A stretch of 64,000 bases of DNA from NCBI GenBank assembly GCA_964606885.1, contig CAZSHB010000003.1, positions 8,539-72,538 of the forward strand, written 5' to 3'. Position 1 is the first letter of the stretch. Each line of letters starts with the position of its first letter. Shown piece after piece: positions 37,285 through 46,718 of the stretch. This DNA comes from an uncultured Pseudomonadota bacterium (GTDB lineage Bacteria > Babelota > Babeliae > Babelales > CAIQNR01). The notes beneath the pieces were generated by a model. That model was not told the origin of the DNA, did no database searches, and saw only the letters and a program-made list of their open reading frames with translations. The position numbers were made by a program, and so were the translations under genes.

Positions 37285-38353
37285 GGATAGGTTGTGTAGC
37301 GATGTTTTCCCGCAAGGATGGACATACATCTCCTACAATATTCCCTTTTGAGTTAATAGGTAATCGAGAAACTTCAAACGCCGTTTTGCCCTCTTTATTT
37401 TTTAATCTTCTGTTTGCTCCGTAACTTAAAAGCAGAAATATTTTCTGGTATCCCGATGCCGCTTCTTGTGTATCTGCAAGTGCATAGTGTAACAGCGTGT
37501 TACCATCTTCATCTTGTACGTTAGGGTCTAGTATACGGTCTGCAAGCAAAGACTTTATTTCTGCTGGTGCACAAGATTGCAACCATATACTTTGAGGATT
37601 ATCGCGAAGATCTTTTCTTTTTGGCCACTCAAAACACTCACCTGGCAAAGGCTTTTCTGGCTCTTGATACACTACTTTATGGCGCTTTGCCCATACATTA
37701 GAAGACATAACAGGTTTAAGAGTTGGTTTGATAGCACGAGCTTTACTACGGAGACTAAGATTTGCTTCTGTTTTTGCAAGCAATGCAACCATAACACGAT
37801 TATGACATCTAAAAGATTCATACATAGGTTGAACGTTATAATCATCTTCTACAGTTACGCCTTTAGCCACAAACATGTAATATATTTTTTTAATTTTTCG
37901 AACTTTTTCAGCATCTTTTTTATCGCAACACGGAACCCTTGCTAATACACACATTGCACAGTTTGTAGGTTTTACTCCGTTATCAAGCAACCACTTAACA
38001 GACACGTCTTGTAATGTTTCAACTGCCATAAGAATAGGATAAACATAATCGGTGCTACCTGTTTGGCGATAGCAAAAATTATGCTGTATTCCAGGATGTT
38101 GTACTAACATTGCATCAAGCACGGAGGTATTACCATCGCACAATGCTTCCTTAAAGGACTCTGCTGCTCTTTCAGGTATCTGTAATATTGAAGGATAAGA
38201 GCGGGCATTACCAGATTCCTGTTCCCGACTTGCCCGATCGCGCATAAATGCTTCTATGTCACCATGAATCAATGTGTGCAAAAAAGATTCTGATGCCTGC
38301 ACCATACTGCTGCAGCCGGTTATTGCCAGTATCGTACCTAATAGTTTTTTCAT
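37232..38353 (-). CDS. secreted ankyrin-repeat protein
   Basis: Signal peptide 'MKKLLGTILAITGCSSMVQA'. The C-terminal ANK unit is 'DEDGNTLLHYALAD...IFLLLSYGANRRLKNKEGKTAFEV' and a central weaker repeat is 'YPILMAVETLQDVSVKWLLDNGVKP'. Confidence 0.7.
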   Translation of the reverse strand: MKKLLGTILAITGCSSMVQASESFLHTLIHGDIEAFMRDRASREQESGNARSYPSILQIPERAAESFKEALCDGNTSVLDAMLVQHPGIQHNFCYRQTGSTDYVYPILMAVETLQDVSVKWLLDNGVKPTNCAMCVLARVPCCDKKDAEKVRKIKKIYYMFVAKGVTVEDDYNVQPMYESFRCHNRVMVALLAKTEANLSLRSKARAIKPTLKPVMSSNVWAKRHKVVYQEPEKPLPGECFEWPKRKDLRDNPQSIWLQSCAPAEIKSLLADRILDPNVQDEDGNTLLHYALADTQEAASGYQKIFLLLSYGANRRLKNKEGKTAFEVSRLPINSKGNIVGDVCPSLRENIATQPIPIDEQEGHKLQYYHNVV

Positions 38354-38417
38354 AATAAGTCTTTCTGTTTACCGCACAGAATACAGGTATCATGAAATTT
38401 CGGATATAATAAGCAAT

Positions 38418-38441
38418 AAAAAAGGGAGGCATGCGCCTCCC
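38418..38441 (-). terminator. rho-independent terminator
   Basis: Perfect 7-bp GC-rich stem gggaggc-atgc-gcctccc. On the minus strand it is followed by TTTTTT, just downstream of ORF 38479..38838. Confidence 0.55.
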
Positions 38442-38478
38442 TAAAGTTTTGAACTAACTTTTTTAAATTTATCTATAT

Positions 38479-38838
38479 CTACCTTCCTTCTTCTAAGAAA
38501 GCTCTTATATCCACTTTATAGCCATCTATGTAGCAAACATTGAAGCAATCTTCTCTCCGAATAAGAATTTTCATTCCGTTGGGTAAAGTATCTTCCAAAG
38601 ATTCAAAGCCTGTTGATGTAACCAGTGATTCTATTTCTGCAATTCTTTTTTTTGTACGTGATGTAATAAAAACCTCATAAAGCCTTGGGATTATTACACA
38701 AATAACAACATTAACAGCAACCCAACCAGTAATAACAGCGCAAGGCGAATATACTGTAGTTGATGGAGTAGGTTGCACAGCAGAAACATCTGACATACAA
38801 ATCAATAAACTAACTACTAACAATATTGATTTTTTCAT
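38479..38838 (-). CDS. hypothetical small membrane protein
   Basis: The start is set at the internal Met giving 'MKKSILLVVSLLICMSDVSA'. A second TM is 'AVITGWVAVNVVICVIIP'. The ORF is open to 38868. Confidence 0.45.
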   Translation of the reverse strand: MKKSILLVVSLLICMSDVSAVQPTPSTTVYSPCAVITGWVAVNVVICVIIPRLYEVFITSRTKKRIAEIESLVTSTGFESLEDTLPNGMKILIRREDCFNVCYIDGYKVDIRAFLEEGR

Positions 38839-38973
38839 ATAAAGAACCCCTAAAAATAAACCATGCATTATAAACCTATAGTAACATCTAAAAGATTATC
38901 CACAAAAGCCCACCAATACCGTACACTCAAGGGCTAATTACTATCTACTCTCTTTTTTAAAACAGGCTAACTC

Positions 38974-39549
38974 ATGAAAAATAAAATTCTTATATATTGC
39001 TTATTACTCATAAGTGGACGCGTATATACGGCTGAAAATAGATCTGCCGGTATAAATACCATTGGCGCAGTAGTTGGCACAGGCGAACTTTTCCAGGCTA
39101 TTACGGATCATGATCATACAAAAGTGGTTGCAGAATTTACTGCTGGTGCATCTGCAAATGCGGTAGTTGGGATTGGATTTACAAGAACCATGCTGGGCGT
39201 TGCACTAGATGCTTATAAACCCGAAATACCCAGCTCAAAAGAAATTATCAGGACATTATTAGAACATGGAGCTCAGGCCGATGGGCGCACCCCGAGCCAA
39301 GAATTCCCTTTGTATACAGCGGTAAAAAAAGATTTGCATGAAGTTGTCGAGCTGTTGCTACAAGCCGGTGCACGAGAATTCTATATTCCCTCTTTAAAAT
39401 GGGCGCTCTATCCCGAAAATAAAGCGATGCTTACAATTTTGTTAGATAAAACTCATCTAAAAACACGCATAGGTATCTTAAAGGCTTCGTCCCAACAAGA
39501 ACTCTTAAACCAACTAACCAAGCTTAATTATACTATTTCAGTAGACTAA
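38974..39549 (+). CDS. secreted ankyrin-like repeat protein
   Basis: Signal peptide 'MKNKILIYCLLLISGRVYTA'. ANK-like units are 'EIIRTLLEHGAQADGR' and 'FPLYTAVKKDLHEVVELLLQAGA'. Confidence 0.6.
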   Translation: MKNKILIYCLLLISGRVYTAENRSAGINTIGAVVGTGELFQAITDHDHTKVVAEFTAGASANAVVGIGFTRTMLGVALDAYKPEIPSSKEIIRTLLEHGAQADGRTPSQEFPLYTAVKKDLHEVVELLLQAGAREFYIPSLKWALYPENKAMLTILLDKTHLKTRIGILKASSQQELLNQLTKLNYTISVD

Positions 39550-39699
39550 TACTCAAGTCTCTAAGCTCATATAAGCTCAACCCTTAAGATTCAAATACTG
39601 TCTATGTTCTGGGCCAGGACAGGCTGTTGAAAATAGCTCCTAAAGCTGTACTATGGAAGTATATGGGTTTATTATTCTGTTCTCTATGGGGGGGTATCT

Positions 39700-40410
39700 G
39701 TGCCTTTAAAAAAATCTTTCTTTTTAGCTATTTTAGGTCTATATAGCGTGTTTAATACCACTGCTAAAATCTTACCTGGCAGCGACACTCAAATCATGAT
39801 GCGCTTTCTAGATTATATGGTATCAAAAACACCTTCAGAGCTCATTAACAATACGTGTTTAGATAGTATCAAACTATATGCTCATACATTACCAACATCA
39901 GAACTTGATCTTTTAGATACAACAATTGAGCAATTTGTTAACATCCATAGCGCAACCTTTATAGACATAGCTCAAGAAACTCTCAACAAATTCCCTGCCG
40001 ATGAAAAAATAGCCGCTGAAGAATTATTAACACTGTTAAAAAAAGATTTAGAATTTCAAAAAGATAGCGCTGTACGTCAAGTAAGTGCACCATTTAATCA
40101 GGAATTCTTTAATAAAGTGATAACAGCATTTGCTTGTTATCAAAACTGCATACCACTACAAACACCATCTGTTGCGCAAGATTATTTTTTAACAAATATC
40201 AGCAAAAAAATTACTGATATGAGTATTGTGTGTAAAAACAGCAAAGACGCAACTCAGCAAAAAGCACTCTGTTGCATGTATTTGTATATTTTTATTCATA
40301 TGAGCTATTACACAGTACAACGCGCTCTTATCAAAAAAAACAGACTGCATAATCGAGTACTATCAGCATTCATAGGGGGATTGCACACATGCAAAAAATT
40401 ACTTTTTTAA
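39700..40410 (+). CDS. hypothetical secreted protein (GTG start)
   Basis: N-terminal 'PLKKSFFLAILGLYSVFNTTA' is signal-like. No family recognised. It overlaps the next ANK gene by 22 nt. Confidence 0.4.
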   Translation: MPLKKSFFLAILGLYSVFNTTAKILPGSDTQIMMRFLDYMVSKTPSELINNTCLDSIKLYAHTLPTSELDLLDTTIEQFVNIHSATFIDIAQETLNKFPADEKIAAEELLTLLKKDLEFQKDSAVRQVSAPFNQEFFNKVITAFACYQNCIPLQTPSVAQDYFLTNISKKITDMSIVCKNSKDATQQKALCCMYLYIFIHMSYYTVQRALIKKNRLHNRVLSAFIGGLHTCKKLLF

Positions 40411-41540
40411 TAACATCTTTTTTACTTTTCTCTACACAGACAACATTAGGGCAAACAGCTTCATATCTCTATTTTCCACATTATGTTGAAAATTATGCAA
40501 TCAAAAATATCTACGAAGCTCTGCAATGGAGACACCCAAAAGAAGATCTTGCTATCATCAAGCATTTTTTAGACAATGGCACCGATGTTAATCTTGTGGT
40601 GTACAACACTCAATTTGACACTAACCGTGGCCTTTCAATACTACATCATGCTTTTCAAGCTTGTTTACCCGAAGTGATAGAACTTCTTATCCAGTATGGA
40701 GTGGATGTTAATAAACCTCTTGAAAAAACTAAAACTGTAGCATTACATCTAGATCCTTATGGACAACCTGAAAATTATTATCGCTGTGTAGAATTACTCA
40801 TTAATGCAGGAGCTGACGTTAATAAAGCTGATGATTATGGTTTTGTGCCTTTACATAAAATGATGCGCTCTCCACGCCTTGTACAACTACTCATTGCATC
40901 TGGCGCACATGTTAATGCATGCCACCAAAGAGGTCGTTCTCCATTGCATGAATTGCTCTACAATTATTCTAGGTGGGATAAAGAGTCTATCCAACTTCTT
41001 ATTAACGCAGGATCAAAATTAGATACTCTTGATGCCCATGGTTTTGCACCGTTGCATTATGCAGCATTTCATAGTGCAGAAGAGGTTATTCCATTACTCA
41101 TACAAGCAGGAGCGGATGTTAATCAAAAATCAAACGCAAATTATAATTATAGAGAAGCATATTCTTTTTTAAATTATCAAACATCAGAAACAAAAACTCG
41201 TAATAAAAAGTCTTCTTCTGTAGGTCTGACCCCCATAGACTGTGCAGCAATTAATTGGTGGCGCCTGTACTCCTTTATGTTCAAAGCACCTTTTCCTATA
41301 AATTTTATTGACGTGACACGTTTCTTCCCTCCAGAGGGCATGGTTTATGTGACTTTTTTTGGTCCTAGAGACCATAGAAATACCATGGAAATACTTTTGA
41401 ATGCAGGAGCTACTGCTGACAACGTCAATATCCAAGCACTTACAGAAGCTGTAAAACAGGGATCATTAAAACAGGTAATCCATGAACTTCCTGCAACACA
41501 TGCTTTTATCAAAGATGCTACAAAAGATTGTTTACGATAA
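40389..41540 (+). CDS. secreted ankyrin-repeat protein
   Basis: Signal-like 'MQKITFLITSFLLFSTQTTLG'. ANK units are 'GLSILHHAFQACLPEVIELLIQYGVDVNKP', 'YGFVPLHKMMRSPRLVQLLIASGAHVN', 'RGRSPLHELL' and 'HGFAPLHYAAFHSAEEVIPLLIQAGADVNQK'. Confidence 0.8.
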   Translation: MQKITFLITSFLLFSTQTTLGQTASYLYFPHYVENYAIKNIYEALQWRHPKEDLAIIKHFLDNGTDVNLVVYNTQFDTNRGLSILHHAFQACLPEVIELLIQYGVDVNKPLEKTKTVALHLDPYGQPENYYRCVELLINAGADVNKADDYGFVPLHKMMRSPRLVQLLIASGAHVNACHQRGRSPLHELLYNYSRWDKESIQLLINAGSKLDTLDAHGFAPLHYAAFHSAEEVIPLLIQAGADVNQKSNANYNYREAYSFLNYQTSETKTRNKKSSSVGLTPIDCAAINWWRLYSFMFKAPFPINFIDVTRFFPPEGMVYVTFFGPRDHRNTMEILLNAGATADNVNIQALTEAVKQGSLKQVIHELPATHAFIKDATKDCLR

Positions 41541-41696
41541 ATCTTGCACTTTGTTAATTATGTATTCAAGCTCACACAAGCCTATTAGTTATCTTTAAGT
41601 CACGCTTTAATACGCAATACTAGCTCCTAAACTCTTGATATTGCACTCTAGATACCGGTAAGCTGATAGGAGAATAAAGAGAGAAGGAGGTTAAGT

Positions 41697-42578
41697 ATGT
41701 ACTGGTGGTCGATTGATAAATTAGCTCGCAATTTACAGCAGAACAACTACGTACGTTCAGACTCAATCCTCTTCTGGCTGCTTAATATCCTCTTAACTAT
41801 CTGCCAATCAATAATCTATACCGGCATGCTTTTTAGCTTCCTGATTATCGAGTACCACTTTAAAGATTGGCTTGCAAACCAACATGCCAATACCGAATTT
41901 TATAACCATCTTGCCTTCTATCTTTCAAGCTTAAATACCGTTCTTATGGTCCTAGGAATAGCGTGGTGCTACTACCAACACAAAAAAAATAACGGAACCA
42001 ATTTTTGGCAACGATTTGCAGCCTTAAACAGCAGCATCGGTTTCCATGTTCTGCTTTATTCTACAGCCATACTTTTTATAGCAATAAGCGTTCTTTATGT
42101 GATCATACATATTAAAATTGAAACGTTTAAAGGGACTATTGTCCCAACAGAAAGCACCGCTGATTTTCTCAATAGACTTTTTACCAGCCCTTTTGGCGCA
42201 AAATCCGTAACCGCCCCACAGCAATCTAAAGGCATTTTAAACTGTGTATTAGGTTTACCCTGCTCACTTTTAAGCCTGCCCTTTATTCCAGGAAAAATTG
42301 CAGCTTTTTTACAAGAACTCCGCACCTATATTATGCAGTTTTACCCTATTTTGGCTGCCCTACCAACCGTGCTTTTAATTACCCAGTACTACTTGGTGCA
42401 ACGTTGGTTTACATATATCAATAGCCCCTTACTGCCAGCGGTAACTAAAAGTATGCCTCCAGCAAACCTCAATAAGCCTGCACGCAAAAAGACGGCCGTT
42501 AAAAAATCTGTATCTAAAAGAACTGCAGCACCCAAGAAAACCACTGCTCCCAAAAAAGCTCCAACCACCAAAAAATAA
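41697..42578 (+). CDS. polytopic membrane protein with a Lys/Ala/Pro/Thr-rich histone-H1-like C-terminal tail
   Basis: Strong RBS 'gaaggagg', at least 5 hydrophobic helices, and the tail 'KPARKKTAVKKSVSKRTAAPKKTTAPKKAPTTKK'. Confidence 0.55.
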   Translation: MYWWSIDKLARNLQQNNYVRSDSILFWLLNILLTICQSIIYTGMLFSFLIIEYHFKDWLANQHANTEFYNHLAFYLSSLNTVLMVLGIAWCYYQHKKNNGTNFWQRFAALNSSIGFHVLLYSTAILFIAISVLYVIIHIKIETFKGTIVPTESTADFLNRLFTSPFGAKSVTAPQQSKGILNCVLGLPCSLLSLPFIPGKIAAFLQELRTYIMQFYPILAALPTVLLITQYYLVQRWFTYINSPLLPAVTKSMPPANLNKPARKKTAVKKSVSKRTAAPKKTTAPKKAPTTKK

Positions 42579-42654
42579 TATCTCGCCTATACCAGCGATC
42601 TTCTCACAGCCCTAATCAACTCATCAAAACACGCCTCTGCTGCTTTTTTATGGG

Positions 42655-42683
42655 TTGTCAGAATAGACAAAGAGTGGTACTAT
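42655..42683 (+). promoter_or_regulatory. candidate sigma70 promoter with extended -10 for rpsA
   Basis: TTGTCA (42655-42660), a 17-nt spacer ending in TG, then TACTAT (42678-42683). This leaves a leader of about 90 nt before the rpsA ATG. Confidence 0.4.
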
Positions 42684-42777
42684 AAACAGCTCTAAGTTGT
42701 ATTGTTTAACCCTCTTTAACTATCCCTAATCATGCATACCGCATGAATCTTTAGGGGCCAATCGGAAGCACACATCC

Positions 42778-44604
42778 ATGGCAAAAGAAATTATACGTCC
42801 GAATCAGTTTGCTCGCGCAAACATGGATATGGACGTAGACACAGACGTTATTTTAAACGCAGATCAAGAAGCTGAATTGCTTTCGCTCTACGAAGGATTT
42901 TTTGATTCTAACCGTATGGGCAAAGTTGTTGAAGCAAAGATCGTTTCTCTTAACGCTGATGGCGCATTAGTAGATATTGGGTTTAAAGCGGAAAGCCTTA
43001 TCCCAAAATACGAATTCTCACAACATGAACTCAAGAAGTTGCAAGTAGGCGATGTCCTAGAAGTTATTCTTGATGAACTTGAAAGTGCTGAAGGCGAATT
43101 AGTTCTTTCTTATGAAAAAGCTAAAGCGCTTAAAGCATGGGATGCTATTATCAAGTTGTTTGAAGAAGACAAACCTGTTGAAGGTACCGTAACTCACAAA
43201 GTTAAAGGTGGCTTGAACGTTGATATTGGCGTACCAGCATTCTTGCCTGGTTCACAAGTTGACGTACAACGCGTTAATAACTTTGACCAATACGTTGGCC
43301 AAACTATCGTTGCAAACATTATCAAGGTTAACAAAAAGCGCGGTAACGTTATCATTTCTCGTCGTAAATTCATGAACGATCAACGTTCAGAATTCCGCAA
43401 GAAGATTCTTGATACGCTTGACGAAGGTCAAATCATTCAAGGCTTGGTCAAAAACATCACCAACTACGGTGTGTTTATCGACATCGGCGGCGTTGATGGC
43501 TTGTTGCATATCACTGATATGACATGGGGCAGAATTGCTCATCCAAGCGAAGTAGTAAAAATTGGCGACAATTTAACTGTTAAAGTTCTTTCGTTTGATA
43601 AAGATAACGAAAAAATTTCACTTGGCCTTAAGCAACTTTCAGAAAATCCTTGGGAACAAATGGCAGCTTCAGTACAAGCTGGCTCACGCGTTAAAGGTAA
43701 AGTTTCAAGCATCACCGATTACGGCTTGTTTGTAGAAGTACAACGTGGCGTAGAAGGCTTGATCCATATTTCTGAAGTTTCATGGATTGATCGTATTAAC
43801 GATCTTAAGAAACACTTTGCTGTTGGCGATACCGTAGAAGCATTGGTTATTTCTCTTGATAAAGAAAATCGCCGTATGTCTCTAAGTATCAAACAATTAG
43901 AACAAAATCCTTGGCAAACTGTTGCACAAGAATTCCCAGTTGGTTCAAAGATCAAGGGAACAATTAGCAACATTACTGACTTTGGTATTTTCGTTCTTCT
44001 TAAGCCAGGCATTGATGGTTTAGTACACGTTTCAGATCTTTCATGGACTGAACATATTGATCACCCAGCAGACGTGTATACAAAAGGTCAAGAAATTGAA
44101 GCTGTTGTGTTAGCAGTTGATACTGATAGCAAGAAGATTTCTCTTGGTATTAAGCAACTTGCAAACAACCCATGGGATATTATTGATCAAAAGTACAGCA
44201 TCGGCCAAGTCATTACTGGTGAAGTTTCTCGTATTACCAACTTTGGTCTTTTCGTGAAATTAGAAAACGGTATTGAAGGTTTAGTGCATATTTCTGAACT
44301 TAACGATCTTAAAAAAGACGCTAAGATTGAAGATCTTTTCAGAGTTGGCGATAGCCGCGAATTCCGCGTTATCAAAATCAACAAAGAAGAACACAAACTT
44401 GGTTTAAGCACCAGACTTTCTGGTGACATCCATAAAGAAGAACCTAAGCAACAACGCGAACACCGTGAGCCTCGCGAATCTCGCGAATCACGTCATGTAG
44501 CTCCGCAACAACAAGAATCATATGAAGCACCTAAGTCTCAACAAAAGAGCCAGCTTCAAATGGAACTTGAAAAAGCAGCTGCACGTAAAAAGAGCAAAGA
44601 ATAA
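42778..44604 (+). CDS. rpsA: 30S ribosomal protein S1
   Basis: Six S1 (OB-fold) repeats with recurring 'G.V..I..FG.FV.L..G..GL.H.S'. Examples are 'GLVKNITNYGVFIDIGGVDGLLHITDM' and 'GKVSSITDYGLFVEVQRGVEGLIHISEV'. There is a charged C-terminal extension. Confidence 0.95.
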   Translation: MAKEIIRPNQFARANMDMDVDTDVILNADQEAELLSLYEGFFDSNRMGKVVEAKIVSLNADGALVDIGFKAESLIPKYEFSQHELKKLQVGDVLEVILDELESAEGELVLSYEKAKALKAWDAIIKLFEEDKPVEGTVTHKVKGGLNVDIGVPAFLPGSQVDVQRVNNFDQYVGQTIVANIIKVNKKRGNVIISRRKFMNDQRSEFRKKILDTLDEGQIIQGLVKNITNYGVFIDIGGVDGLLHITDMTWGRIAHPSEVVKIGDNLTVKVLSFDKDNEKISLGLKQLSENPWEQMAASVQAGSRVKGKVSSITDYGLFVEVQRGVEGLIHISEVSWIDRINDLKKHFAVGDTVEALVISLDKENRRMSLSIKQLEQNPWQTVAQEFPVGSKIKGTISNITDFGIFVLLKPGIDGLVHVSDLSWTEHIDHPADVYTKGQEIEAVVLAVDTDSKKISLGIKQLANNPWDIIDQKYSIGQVITGEVSRITNFGLFVKLENGIEGLVHISELNDLKKDAKIEDLFRVGDSREFRVIKINKEEHKLGLSTRLSGDIHKEEPKQQREHREPRESRESRHVAPQQQESYEAPKSQQKSQLQMELEKAAARKKSKE

Positions 44605-44612
44605 GGAGCTTT

Positions 44613-45017
44613 ATGGAACGTACATTTGCTATTATTAAACCGGACGCAATGGCAGCAGGTCATGCTGAGGCCATTATTGCCGTTATTGAAGACCATGGCT
44701 TTGAAGTAATCGCTCAAGAAAAACGTCATTTGTCTCGTGCAGAAGTTGAAGAATTTTATGCAGAGCACAAAGAACGTTCATTCTTCCCTGAAGTTGTAGC
44801 ATTTATGACCTCAGGACCGGTTACGCTTATTGCCCTAGAAAAAGAAAACGCTGTTAAAGCATGGCGCGACCTTATGGGAGCAACAGATCCTGCACAAGCC
44901 GAACACGGCACCATTCGTAAACAGTTTGGTACCTCAAAAGGCAACAATGCAACTCACGGATCAGATTCTCATACAAGTGCTGCTCGTGAATTAGCATTTT
45001 TCTTTCCTAGTCTGTAA
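44613..45017 (+). CDS. ndk: nucleoside diphosphate kinase
   Basis: 'ERTFAIIKPDA', 'FMTSGPV' and the active-site 'NATHGSDS'. 134 aa. Confidence 0.95.
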   Translation: MERTFAIIKPDAMAAGHAEAIIAVIEDHGFEVIAQEKRHLSRAEVEEFYAEHKERSFFPEVVAFMTSGPVTLIALEKENAVKAWRDLMGATDPAQAEHGTIRKQFGTSKGNNATHGSDSHTSAARELAFFFPSL

Positions 45018-45045
45018 GTAAGACTTATAAACAAGGGTGCATCGT

Positions 45046-45963
45046 ATGCTTTTAGATAACAAACATATCACTGGCCTACTTTGCTCCCTTGTTTTTTGCA
45101 TGCCTCTTTTCTCTACACAAAAACCACATCTCTATATTCTTATACACGGCACTTGGTCAGCACCGCGCCACTCGTTATTACATGGCAGTAGACCGCAATG
45201 GTACCAAGCTGGCCACACAACTTTTGATACACTCAAAAGAGCAACTAATGCACACATAATTCATCACACATGGTCTGGTAAAAATAACTTGGCCGATAGA
45301 CTAGCCGGTGCCAAAACACTTATCTCTCTGATACAAAAACATGCAACTACTCATACCATGCATATTATTGCACATAGTCACGGTGGCAATGTTGCATTAC
45401 TTGCACTTGATACGCTTATTAAAGACAACCCAACAACAAAGATTGCTACGCTTGTTTTGCTGGGAACGCCCATTTATTTTGAATGGTACCCTGCAAGCGT
45501 TACAGCAGTGGGCACGATCTACAATATTTTTTCTTATGGCGACATTGTACAACCAGTAGCTGGTATGTATGAACGGGAGTTGCCGGAACAGCCGCATATT
45601 TTCAACATACAACTCAAAATCAATAACAACTGCCCTATGCATAACCAGTTGTATAAACCAGAGCTTATAGAACAGATTCCACATTTCTCTAAACTCTTTG
45701 GAAAAAAAGATGTTTATTGTTTACACTGCACAACAGGTAAAAAGCCGGTTATAACACACGATACAAACCGCGCAGAAGATATACGCACCGATAAAAGATT
45801 CACGCAACAACTACAAGCAAGTTGGACAGAGATAAGAGATAAACATGCACAAAAAAACACCGCCAACCACGATCGGCTTACTCGATTCAGGGATAGGTGG
45901 ACTCAGTATTATCAGAGAACTATTGCGCGCCTCTACAACGCCATCAATACCAACCAAGCGTAA
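45046..45963 (+). CDS. secreted alpha/beta-hydrolase (lipase/esterase-like)
   Basis: Signal-like 'ITGLLCSLVFCMPLFS', 'LYILIHGTWS' and the nucleophile elbow 'IIAHSHGGNVAL' (GxSxG-type). The ORF is also open from GTG at 45037. Confidence 0.55.
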   Translation: MLLDNKHITGLLCSLVFCMPLFSTQKPHLYILIHGTWSAPRHSLLHGSRPQWYQAGHTTFDTLKRATNAHIIHHTWSGKNNLADRLAGAKTLISLIQKHATTHTMHIIAHSHGGNVALLALDTLIKDNPTTKIATLVLLGTPIYFEWYPASVTAVGTIYNIFSYGDIVQPVAGMYERELPEQPHIFNIQLKINNNCPMHNQLYKPELIEQIPHFSKLFGKKDVYCLHCTTGKKPVITHDTNRAEDIRTDKRFTQQLQASWTEIRDKHAQKNTANHDRLTRFRDRWTQYYQRTIARLYNAINTNQA

Positions 45964-46633
45964 CTATCTATATGTTGCTGACACAGCACATCTGCCGTAC
46001 GGTAATAAAACACCCGACTATTTAATTGAACGAGGCCGCGTACTCACCCGCTTTTTTATAGCACACAACATCACCACTATTATTATTGCATGCCACACGT
46101 CATCAGCAACATCACTTGCTACCCTCAAACAAGAATTCCCACAGATTACCTATATTGACCTGATCCCGTTTACTATAGACCATGCCATAACGCACACAAA
46201 AACAGGGCGTATTGGTGTGCTTGCTACCCAAGCAACCATCAATAGTGGTATCCATAAAAAACTTCTCTTAGCGCAAAACAAACAACTTGTTGTTGTTGAA
46301 CAAGCATGCCCGCTTCTTGTACCACTTATAGAACGGGATGCATCACCAGCAGAAATTAAAGACGCTATTGATTTGTATATGGAACCATTGTTAGCATGCC
46401 AGGTTGATACGGTTATTTTAGGATGCACACATTACGAATTTATACGCCCGCACTTAGAACAACACATCCCTTCTGTGTGCTTTGTCAGTGCTGCGCAAAC
46501 ACAACTCTTAGAACCTGCTGAACTTAGTAACTTTTCGTTAATTACTACTGGACCCTTTACGCACACACCACAGTTTATACAGACTCTTATTGGGTCTTAT
46601 CAGTATGATCTAGAAACGGACAAAACCCTGTAA
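45845..46633 (+). CDS. murI: glutamate racemase
   Basis: 'IGLLDSGIGGLSI', 'YVADTAHLPYGNK', 'IIIACHTSSA' and 'ILGCTHYEF', which carry the two catalytic Cys motifs. 262 aa. Confidence 0.9.
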   Translation: MHKKTPPTTIGLLDSGIGGLSIIRELLRASTTPSIPTKRNYLYVADTAHLPYGNKTPDYLIERGRVLTRFFIAHNITTIIIACHTSSATSLATLKQEFPQITYIDLIPFTIDHAITHTKTGRIGVLATQATINSGIHKKLLLAQNKQLVVVEQACPLLVPLIERDASPAEIKDAIDLYMEPLLACQVDTVILGCTHYEFIRPHLEQHIPSVCFVSAAQTQLLEPAELSNFSLITTGPFTHTPQFIQTLIGSYQYDLETDKTL

Positions 46634-46718
46634 TAGAGGGCTTTATTAGACAAATGACCTAGTTTAGTTGCATACTGACTGTAAATAAAATTGTAAGTCA
46701 TATTAGAAGGGGTACCAT

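Noticed and set aside
29237-41540. Calling the ANK/LRR block a mobile genomic island
   Set aside because: No integrase, transposase, flanking tRNA or direct repeats are visible, and by eye the composition looks similar to the neighbouring genes. I describe it as an accessory block, not a mobile element.
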